From contig NC_042998.1 of the NCBI RefSeq assembly GCF_006345805.1, positions 174,840,001-174,904,000 on the forward strand: DNA of 64,000 nucleotides, written 5' to 3'. Of this stretch, positions 22,501 through 34,496 are shown in pieces (position 1 is the first letter of the stretch; each line of letters opens with the position of its first letter). Origin of the DNA: Octopus sinensis (Eukaryota). A program made the translations under genes and the position numbers. Under the pieces are notes generated by a model. It was not told where the DNA came from and did not search any database. It worked only from the letters and a program-made list of their open reading frames with translations.

Positions 22501-25500
22501 GTGAGGAGATTTTACTAATTATTTTTATGTTGTTTGCTTTCCTAAATTGATAATTTTTTCTTTTTAATAGGTGAACGTGCTTTACCTGTCCGAACTAGCC
22601 GTGATATGTTATTAAATTATCAAAATAATTATTCCGCTATGAAACTGTACTGTGTTCCAATCACCCATAACCATAACAGTAAGTACATTTGATAAATATA
22701 TCATCATCATCATCCATCATTAGTGTAATGTGAATTTGACAATACCAATTTTGGTTGGATAACTGTTTTATTCAAAAGCGTTATCATGACTTGATGGCCT
22801 ACCAAACATTGTGATAGTTTTGAGTCTGTTGATGCATGTATACTAGCTGTATTGTTTCCTTGGATTTTAAACTTTTCAGTATTTTTGGTGACCAAGTTGC
22901 AGTTTGTGTGATGAAAATTTTGATACTATATAACAAATAATAACTATTTAAGTGAAGTTGACAGTCTTGTCACTTATGAATAGCCAGATTAAAACACCAT
23001 TTAAAAACAGATATCACCATAACTGGAATATTGTTTGTTTTGTTTGTATGTTTGTTTTTCCATGCCAATATGGGCTAGACAAATACATATTATTAAAGCA
23101 TTATTTTGTAGCTGGATGCTATTCCTATCACTATTTTTTTACCTATTTTTTGAATGAAGAATTTTTCATTTCGCATATCTTTGAAAATGCAGAGTTAGTG
23201 AATAACTAATTGACAGGGAATGACAAACTTCATTATTTGTGGCTCACCACTTTTACATGCCAAGTGCATTCATTCACATACGCACACACACACACGCACA
23301 CACACACACGCACACACAGAGGCTTTGCAATTTGTTAACCAAATTGATTTGCAAGGCATTGGTCAGCCCAGAGCTACTGCACACGTCCTCTGAAGTACAG
23401 CACTGTGGAATTGAACCCCAAACTATAGTGTTGAGAAGCAGACTTCTTAGACATACAGCCATTATCTGTGCTTATAATGTGTAAATATTTATTACAGACC
23501 ATATTTACAATTACTGTTTCATCAGTGCTTAAAAGTATATTATGAGAGAAAGGGGACAGAAATTCTTTTAATTACTATGTTGAATGAAACTCCAATTACA
23601 TCAGAGTTTAATTATTTGTTTTTGAGAAATGACCAAAAAGTTTTGAGCTGGTAAAAGGACTAGAAATATTTTGTGCCTTTAGCCAGGATAAAGAGCAATG
23701 CCCTTAATTTTTGAAAGACTTCCAAGGGACCTGATATTGACAGTGCTTTCTTAAGGCATAGGCACACTGGGCAGTTGCTATAGGAGCCCCATGCTTATCT
23801 GTGTATGTTGTGGTTATGTATAGAGGTGCCCTAGTGCATTGCTTTGCCTGAGGGTGTAAAATGCTTTATAGACAGGCTGGTATGGGGAAAAAGGTAGGAA
23901 GCACCACAGTTATCTTCTGACCTGGTTTCAATGCTTACAACATTCTATAGTCATTGGCTGGTGTATGCATAAATGGTTGGTTTGTTGGGTTGAACATGTT
24001 ATATGTAAATGTTGAGTGTAAAGCTGTTGTGAAATGATACATCAGATAGAAAGTACATGCAGTAGGGATAGACCAATAAAGACATGCAATGAATTTGATA
24101 TATCAGAAATTAGAAAGTTCTACCTCACAGATGTCATCATCATCAGTTTAATGTTCACTTTTCTATGCTTGCTTGGATTAGACATAATTTGTTGAAACAG
24201 GCTGTTGCCAACCTTTACCTTTTACTAAGCAAGGTGATATTTTCCCAGTGCTAGGCATGCTTTCACAGAAGACTGGATATGTATTTTGGTGACTTATAAC
24301 TATCATGTAAATTCAAGATAAAGACACACACACTTCAAGCTTCTTTTAGTTTCTTTCTTGCAAATCCACACACGGCTTGATTTCAAAAAACATTAAAACA
24401 ATGTTAGAGGTTTGATATCCCAGAAATTATTACTAATAGTGTAATTTACTTTTCAGATAATATTGAAAAATCAGTGACAGCAAATATGGCGTTCTTTTCT
24501 CTTGATATTGTTTTGGAAGGAGGCAAAAATTTCACTTGTACCCCTACAACCTTGACTCTTCTATTCACCTTAAAAAAGTATGTAATTTCTTATTTAATTT
24601 CTTATTTAATACTTCCTTGAGGGAAGGTTGAGGTTATAATGACTGTTACAACCTACATGTAGTTGTTTCTTTGTTTTGCATTTAAATATCCTATAAAATT
24701 TCACAACTGTTACTGTATGTTTGCATGGATTGTGTCTCACATTTATCACAGTGCCTTGTTATCTGGCACACATAGCAACAGAGGAAACAACCACCCTTTG
24801 TTGTTATATATGGCATGATTTTTATGGTTGGATGCCCTTCCTGTCACCATGTAACACCAGTGTGTACACAACTGCACAAGTATTGCAATAGTGATTCAAA
24901 CAAGCGAAATGAAACCCATTAATCCAGGAAATCTGAAATAGCTAACAAACAACCAGACACTTCATAAAATTTGTGAAATAAAATTGTGTACCTCAAGGAG
25001 GGGTTATGTCTAATGTTTTGTGCAGTATCCTTCAAATTTTATTAACTGTTTCTTTCTGACAAATTTTTATGGGTTTTTTGCTGACACAGACAATCACTAG
25101 TTTCTTCAACACTAGTTTGTTTTCTTTACTGTTGAACATGGATACATTACTCTGCTCAGCTCTGCATCCCAACTTTGAAAATAAATCTCTCTTAGTTTTT
25201 TTAATCTAGCAGCAGGAAATTATACCTGCTGCAGCAATTCGTTCATATCCAAATTTATTGAAAGCATCCAAATAGATGAAATAAAGACCTGTATTTATAT
25301 TAAACTTCTGAATAATGTGAAGTGGATCAATAACAAGCTGTCGTCTACAGAGGATACTGGCCTAACGCCTAACACTGCTTAACTTTCTTGAAGACTTGAT
25401 AAATTTAGTAAACTGAGACACTCTTAAGAGTGAAACTTTTTTTTATTTTAATCAACCATTGATATTATATGTATATAAAGCAATTTGATTTTTAAATTTC

Positions 25501-28500
25501 ATATCTTTTTTTTCACTACATTCTAAGTTTGTTTTTTTCTTTTTACTGTTAATTAGTTGGTTGGCAGAAAAACACATGCAATCTGGCAGTGTCAGATGTA
25601 TGTTCCGAATCCGAGCTGAATTTCGAATCTCAGTATGTATCAACAACCCTGTATTTATTCCAAGGAGCAAGGAACAGACATCAGCAGATGGTCGTAACAC
25701 AGCCAACTTTGATGCCCTGACAAAGATGTTGGCTATAGAGAAATGTGATACTGTTGTGATGAATCCATTGTTTGGATCAGGTCTTCCCTATAAAGCAAAA
25801 GTATATCCCTACTTTTTTTTCATTTTTTTTTACCTTCTTACTAGCTTTTTATCTGAACTCTTTACATTAGATGTCACTTCATTGACAAACTTACCACTCT
25901 GAATTCAACTCATCATAACATAGTTGACTTATTCTCAATAATCATCATGTTTGGAATGGTTAAGTATCAACCTCTTGAATCTTGGTTCATTTCCCATCCC
26001 AGATGTATTGCTTTATTTCCAAACAAGTTTGTGAACTCACTTTTAGCTTCCCAGGTTTCAAAGAAAACTAGTAATTCAACCTTAACTGATGGAATAGCTA
26101 ACAAACAATCATATAGTTTGTAATGAGTTTAATCTTGTCCAAGTAGAAATGGTTTGACATAGATTCTGCACTTAATCCCAAGCAATAAGAATAAGAACAA
26201 CAAATACATTAGTAATACACTACTAACAACAGCAGTAAATCCTAACAAGGAACTCCTACTTAGCCACTGAACCCACTCAGTATAGTGACTAGACTTCCCT
26301 CAAACTCTACCAGCCTTAAAATAGGGTCTACATATTTTAATGACAACAAACTTCACAATAAAACTGGAATGATCTGGGTTAGAATGTTGATCAAATGCTG
26401 AATTTAGATGACCTGTTTGACATCACAACATCATTTGTTTACATATCAAGAATACTGAGTCAGTGACTTCTGCAAAGATTTTGATTGGTTAACTTCACAT
26501 CGTAGACCTACTTAGTTGACGAAAGTTACTCAATTACAAAAATAACAAAAATTATCATTAGTTCAATAGACTAAATAAATCATTCTGTTCAGCATTTAAT
26601 TTGTGATTTTTTTTCCATCTATAAACTATACACATTCAGTTGTTAACTTGTAAATTGTTTAATGTTATTTCTCCTCAGATGATTGTTAATACAAATGTTC
26701 TTGCTGTTGTTCTGAGATTATGTGAGAAGTAACAAGCCAATCAAAATGAGTTACAATCTATGTCACATCCATCCTTATTCTCAAGTTAGGTGTTAGGAAT
26801 CAATGTCTTTATCTCATGTCAGTGTGTACTCTTCTCAATGCTTAAAAATAATTTTCTTAAAGCAATTAAAGAATTGCACACTTATTGTACCTTCTGTATT
26901 GTAGACTAATCGTGTTGTGACCAATATTTACTGGGGAATGGGAATTCCAGATTACAAAGAAATTATCGCTCACCATCAATCAGCCATGGAATCCAAGTTA
27001 GGAATGTGAGTATATTCTGCTTATATCCTTATATACTTTCTCATTCCAGATAACTTTTATGTCTATTTCCATTATATTTTTGCTTCTTATAACAGAATGT
27101 TTCCACAGAGCTGTAGATCATTTGGCATGTTGCCTTTGAAATGTTGTTAGGCTTTTATTTCAGAGAATGACATAAAATGTTGCCACTTGGCTGCCATTAT
27201 CCTTTATAGTCTTTGTTGTTATTGTTAGTCATATTTTATCGCCTTACTAGCACTTATGCCGGTGGCATGTGAAAAAAACTTTCGAGCGAGGTTGTTGCCA
27301 GTGCCACTGGACTAGCTCCCGTGCAGGTGGCACATAAAAAAAACACCATTTGAGCATGGCCATTGCCAGTACCACCTGACTAGTACATAGTAGCACCCAC
27401 TACACTCTCAGAGTGGTTGGCATTAGGAAGAGCATCCAGTTGTAGAAACTTTGCCAGATCAAATTGAAGCCTGGTGCAGCCATCTGGTTCACCAGTCCTC
27501 AGTCAAATCATCCAAACCATGCTAGCATGGAAAGCGGACGTTAAATGATGGTGATGGTGATGATGATGATGTATTGTCATACTTTGTGGTTATTATCATT
27601 CATCCCATCTCATTGAGTGTCAATATATCAATGAGGGAGCCACAATGCAACCAAATCCCCTTAAATCACACTCTAAAAGAAAATAGGGAGAACACATTAA
27701 CCAATGTAGTTCTAGTTATACAAAAGATGGGTGGTCCAGGATGGGTCTCCTTTGGCCATAGGTCTGTAAAATTAAGGTTAACATGAAGCTAAATAATAAC
27801 TTTAGAGTCGATAAAATTAAAGTATTTGGTTGATGCAGACCATAACTAATTTCCTCAGGCTATATTTTTTTCCATTTTACTTTTGTGTCTGTCATTGAGG
27901 AAACTTTAACTTTTGCCTCTCCTGTTCTAAATTAATGATACCATTTGTTCATTTTTAAGGAGCCTGTTATTAGAAAGTTACATGAGCTGTTCATTGTCTG
28001 GGATTACTGTTGCAAATTTTGCATATATATGTAATGGAGAATCTAGGCTTCTTGCCAGAGTTACCCACTTTTGATAGCACTACTTCCTATGCAAACCTGG
28101 ACAAGTCTCTTAGCTCTGAGTTATTCAATGCTTTGTGAGTGAATATGGTAGATAGAAACTACATGAAACCACCACACACACACACCCACACACACATATA
28201 AACTCATCATAATTTAATGTCCATTTTCCATGCTGGCACAGGTTGGATCATTTGACAGGATCTGGTGAGCCACAGCACCATATCAAGTTCCTATGCCAGC
28301 CTTGGCTTGGTTTCTATAGCTAGATGCCCTTCCTAAGGCCAGTGGCTTTACAGAGTATACTGGGTGCTTTATTAATGTCACTGACACTAATGAAGTTAAC
28401 AAGAACAGGAAAAACACAAAAGCCCCCACCCACTCAACTAATGGTCGGGGTGAGTATGTGGGATGGGGTGGGAGCAGTGATTTTATGCCTAGTGTTAAGA

Positions 28501-31500
28501 GACTAAAGTGTGACAGAGGGACAAGCCTAGTTGTCTTGCTAGAGAGGAGATACTCTGCACTTTATAAAGATGGGTAGGAGTAGCTGTAAAGAAGACAGAT
28601 GGTAGTGACAAGATGTCAAAGCATCTCATATTTTGTGTGTGTGTAGTCCACATTACTCCGTAAGGAGCATAGGGCTGGTTTCTCGGTTACTCTATCTTAT
28701 ATATTCCTCCATGGACAAGACACAGGATTATTCATTTTTACCAGCTGAGTGGACTGGAACAACATGAAATGGAGTATTTTGCTTAAGAACACAATGCATT
28801 TCCCACTCCAGGAATCAAAACCACAATTTTACAATCATGAGTCCAATACCCTAACCCCTAAGCCATGTGCCTACACACACACACATACACACACACATAC
28901 ACACATATCTCATCATCATCATTTTTAACACCCATGTTTCATGTTGGCATGGGTTGGACAGATATGACTATACATGTGTAGTTAGAAACTCCATAAGATG
29001 TACCCAGTATAAGCTATGGACACACAAGAGGTGCAGCACTATCAAAGGAAGGCTAACTGGGAAGATAGTTTTTGTGTATGGCATATGCTCGGGCAATAAG
29101 CACTGAAAATGTGCAGAAAACAGCCTCCGTCACATTCCAGAGGGAAAAACTACAAGTAGTTGAGAGCCTTCGTTACCTTGGTGGATGCTCTGAGAGTGTA
29201 ACTGCTAGAATAAGAATAGCCTGGGCAAAGTTCAAAGAGCTCCTACCTCTGCTGGTGACAAAGGGCCTCTTGCTCAGAGTAAAAGGTAGACTGTATGATG
29301 CATGTGTATGAACTGCCATGCTACATGGCAGAGATACATGGGGCATGACTGCTGAGGACATGCGTAAGCTTGCAAGGAATGAAGCTAGTATGCTCCACTA
29401 GATGTGTAATTTCAGTATGCATACACAACAGAATGTAAAGTACTCTGAGAGAAAAGTTGGACATAAGAAGCATCAGATGTGGTGTGTAAGAGAGACAACT
29501 GCACTGGTATGGCCATGTGTTGCATATGGATGAGGACAGTGGTGTGAAAAAGTGTCACACCCCAGCAGTAGAGGGAACTTGTGGAATGGTAGACCTGGGA
29601 CAAGGTGGTGAAGCACATCCTTCAAACATTGGACCTCACTGAGGCGATGACAAGTGACCAAGACCTTTGGAGATATGCTGTGCTTGGGAAAACCCAGCAA
29701 GCCAAGTGAGACCGTAACCATGGCCTATGGCAGTGCAGCATAACCAGCCCATTTAAGAGTACCCTTCAATCATTGGGCAATAAACTGCGCTTACAAAGAC
29801 CTGTTGAGGCAAGTGAAGTCATTGTTGTGGTCAATGACAGTATCACCTGATTGGCACCTGTGCCAGTGGCACATAATAAGCACCATTTGAGCCTGGTCAA
29901 TGCCAGTACCACCTGTCTGGTCCCATGCCAGTAGTACATAAGCATCATTCAAGCGTGACCATTGCCAGTGCCACCTGACTGGCCCTTGTGCTAGTGGCAT
30001 GTAAAAAGTGCCCACTGCACTCTCGGACTAGTTGGCATTAGGAAGAAACTTTGCCAGATCGGATTGGAGCCTGGTGCAGCCTTTTGGCTTGCCAGCCCAG
30101 AGTCAAACCGTCCAACCCATGCCAGCATGGAAAGCGACGTTATGACAATGATGATGATGATTCTATGTGTGAGGGTATCTGTGTTCATGTTTACATTCTC
30201 AGTTTGTATGAAAAAGCACTGAACTACAGGGCTTCATGTTTGGTGACATACTGACATATTGTTTATTAGCTGTACATTTCAAAGTCAAGTAAAATGAAGC
30301 CTCTCTTTCTTGAAAAACAGGCAAGGATTAGCAACAGGAAGTACATCCAACTGTAAAACAATGCCTTATTAATGTTTTCATCTAACTCCAGTTAGAACAG
30401 AAGAACAGATGTAAATGTTACTGTTCATGCAAAAATAACATGTCTGATAATGCATATATGAATCTCTCATTTGATTTCAAGGGATCAGTTATGGGCTAGA
30501 AATTACCCAATTCATAAGTGTGCATATGAAGGAGATGTCAATGGAATAATGAGACTTAGTAAGATTCCACATTCCATGAAGGATGACAAAGGGTTTGCAC
30601 CAATTCATTATGCAGCCTGGTAAGTAGCTTTCGCTCTTGTAACTTGCAGTTTTGGCCTCAAAGGATTCTGAAATCTCTGTTCCCATATAATTTACAAGAA
30701 TTCTGTGTTTTAAAAGTATAGTACAATGTATTTTGTGAATGCTTATAGTTTTTTGCATTTATCTTTCATTTTCCACTTAGATTGGATGGCTCCACAAATT
30801 CGAAGATGTGTCTTTCATTGATATTCTGATCATCATAAAGAAATGTCATAATCCATTGATTGCTAGAACATTACTAAAGACTTTGACATTACATATTCTT
30901 ATTGTAGAAGGATGCACTAGAGTGATATTCCATAGTCTTCTCTAGGCTTCTAATAGAATTTGAGCTCAGTGTTATTGGCTGACAAAGTACTTGTTAGTTA
31001 TCTAACACTCCATTGCCTATAGCTACAAACTATATATTCTGATAAAGAAGGAACTTGTATGCAATTGCTTAACCTCCTAGAATTAGCAGTCAGAAATATC
31101 TCAAATCACACCTTGTTCTTATAAGAGGAACCCATTGGATAATGTAATTCTAGATGCATTGTCTTAGGAGACAGAGTAGTTACAGCTGGAACAGGTTTTA
31201 TCAAAGGTCTACTCTCAGGTGACCTGAGACTATACAACAAACATTTTTAGCATGACATAATGTGGGAACATGTATACAGTTGCTTGATTTGCTAGAAATA
31301 GCAACCAAATCTTTCTCTGTATCCCAAGATACGCTATGTCTGGAAAAAAAAAGTAAGAAATGGTTAGATAATGTTTCTACTTTATGCCTCCGGCTTTAAT
31401 ATTTTAAAGAAATGCGTAATTGTACTTCATTTATTTGTATAAAGGAAAGGGCATGCTGATGCTGTGGTAACATTGCTAAGGGCAGGATGTTCTCCCAACA

Positions 31501-34456
31501 TTACAAATATGGATCACCAGACACCTTTACACATTGCAGCTATGAGAGGGAAGCCAAATGTTGTTGATGTCTTATTGGAAGATTCAAATATTGATGTGGT
31601 AAGCTTTATATCTTTACCTTCATAACAAAATAACTTGATTCAGTTTTGTCTTTTTATAATAATAGTAACTTCTTCTGACTTTGTTATAGTAACACAAAAA
31701 TACTACATGGAAGCCTGGGATTGTTAGGAGGTGGGGAAAATGTGAACTGTGATTCAAGTTTTTCCATTTTTTTTCCAATGATGTTAACAGTTTAAATGAA
31801 GTGAAATATAACTGAAAGCCAAAACCAGGTTACATACTTAAATTGGGATCTGTGGATTCAGTAGTGGTTCACAAATTTTTTATATATATTCTCATTTAAA
31901 TTTGGTTAAAAACTGTAACTCGTGTACAAAATGTAAAATTATGTCCACACATTTTTTCATTATAGTTTTGAAACTTCATAGTTTGAAAGTGTTTTTAAAA
32001 ACGAAATTTGTACTGAGTAAAAATATCATTTGGAATTTACATTTGGTTTGTCTCTACGAGATATTCATATACTGCAACATTTAGTGATGAAATGGAAGCA
32101 TTTTCTATGCTGAGGTCACTAAAACCTTAGTTTTCTAGAATTCATTGTCATATCCTACCTGTTATTTTTGTGTGTGTGTGTCCAAAAAAAAAATTAGTGG
32201 GTTGTCAAATGAATTCATTTTTTTTATTACTTGGCATTTCATCATCATTCATCTGAAACAAAAAAAAAATTATTCAACTTTCAAAAACAATATACAAAAG
32301 TTGTAGAAGAAGAATAGAATGACAAAAAAATATGAAACATTATACTAAATATACTTTTTGTGTTAATTCAAATAACATTGGAAAAAAATGAAAATAAATG
32401 GGGAAAAAAGAAGAAATTTATATGATGACCAATAGACTTTGAGAATAACTGAAAGTGGAAAGTAGATTCTAATTTTCTTTTTCTTTTTTTTTTCTTTTGT
32501 GCATCCTTCACAGAACGCTCGAAATAAGAACAACAAAACTCCCTATGATCTGTGTTGTAAAGCATCCAGTCCTGAAATGAAACGAGCAGCTGATCTGTTA
32601 GAAGCTGCTATGAACAGACCAGTAAGTTTAAACAAATTTCATTCATTCATACAGAAAACTACTGCAGAAAAATCCAAGAATTCCATACTCCTCTTAGCTT
32701 TTTTTTCATTCCCAGATCCTACAGATATTTTACAAAAATTGTTACTTGATTATAAACTTCATTTTTTTATGATCAAATATTTGTATTAATTAAAACTGAA
32801 AAACTAAAATACAAGTTTAATATTATAATTGCTTGTTTAATAAGGTCTAATTTCTGAAGCACAGATAATGGCTTCATTGTTATGTGTTTGGCTCTTTTAT
32901 TTAGAGTCGCAAAATTGAAATTCACCTCATGGACGGAAAGCAGAAAACCTTGAACTTGACTACAGGAGATAATACAACTGTCAGCCACTTCAGGGAGCAA
33001 ATGCTAAGAGTGAGTAAGCCTTTGTTTGTTTGATTTGACAATGTAGTAATCCTGGAAGATAAAAAGCTGCTGTTTTTGTTCTGCCAGAATTCAATAAAGT
33101 AGGCACCAGAACTCATACTTTGATTTATTTGCATTTGACCTGTTTCTCAAAGAATAAACAGAAAAGCAAGTTTAGAATTTATAGAGATAGATAGTACCCG
33201 TGTAAGTCAGTCTTGGAATGCACAAGATTCAGAATTACTTAGAACAACAAATTTGCTGCAATCCATTGAAGTCCTCGGTACAGTTTGGTGGAAATATGCT
33301 AAGGTATACAATTACTTTCTGAAGGCCTGTTATGATAGTCTTTCACTATTATACTTAGTGCCTACTTATTCCCAGTTTCATCGTTCCACCTAAAGTATAA
33401 CTTATTTATATGTTGCTTCTACACTCACTGCTCAAAACTCATGTTGAAATAATTACGTAGTTTTAGATATTGATACAGAAACTCTGCCAGATCAGACTGG
33501 AGCCTGGTGCAGCCCCTGGCTTCCCAGACCCCAGTCGAACCGTCCAACCCGTGCTAGCGCGGAAAATGGATGTTAAACGATGATGATGATGACATGTGTT
33601 GAAAGCACTTACTTTACTTTGCCAGGAAGTAGGATGGTACTGCCCACAAGCCTTTACAGGACCCCTAAAATTTGTGGAAGCGAAAAAGGGAGATACCCTT
33701 AAGCCATAAACCTGATCCAAGTACCTACAACAAAGTGAACTCTTTCACTAAAGGCATGAACGGGTTCAAGTGGTTGTGTTAAACCAAATTTTAATTGCTA
33801 GAAATTTAATGGTTTTATCTCTGATGTTTCTTAAAAAAAAAAAATTTAGCAAAACAGTAACAGGTGGTTAAATCTATAAAGGGTCAAACTAACAAACAAA
33901 GATTGTTAAAAGGTATCCTGTCACTCTAAGCTACTCAGTCCTCCTGAGTGTACTGAACCAGATTGTGTTACTGTTCACCACCTAAGGAAATAATAGCTTG
34001 GAGGAAACCACCACTTTTTCAGTAGGTCATGCTGAATTTGATTATTCATGTTAGTATGATTTGTAGGTGAGTGGATTCCTCCTAGCTAAGTTACTTTATA
34101 TTAAGACACTTTTTAATGGTGACATTACACTATTACTACCAGTTGAAGGGGAAAGAATGGATTTTATGATTTGCCTAAGTGAGGATAAACACTACACTCA
34201 GTTGGGGTTTTTTTTTTGTTGTTTCTGAATTTATGTAATATATTATCTCATCTTTTGTATGTGTACATATACTATATATATCATATCATTATCATCATCA
34301 TCATTTAACATCTGTTTTCCATGCTGGCATGAGTTGGACAGGTTGACAGGAGCTGGCAAGCCAGAAGACTGCACCAAGCTTAACTGTTTCTTTTGGCATG
34401 GTTTTTATGGCTAAATGCCCTTCCTAATACCAACCACTTATATGTGCATGTGTGTG

Positions 34457-34496
<40 letters not shown>

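Noticed and set aside
29826-30010. Regularly spaced repeats resembling a CRISPR-like array
   Set aside because: The units are contiguous and diverged with no unique spacers; they form the tandem array in the RTE 3'UTR of a eukaryotic genome.
33010-33019. Second donor GTAAGC 4 nt after the exon 9 donor
   Set aside because: It would shift the frame of exon 10. Such tandem donors are common, and there is no evidence of use.
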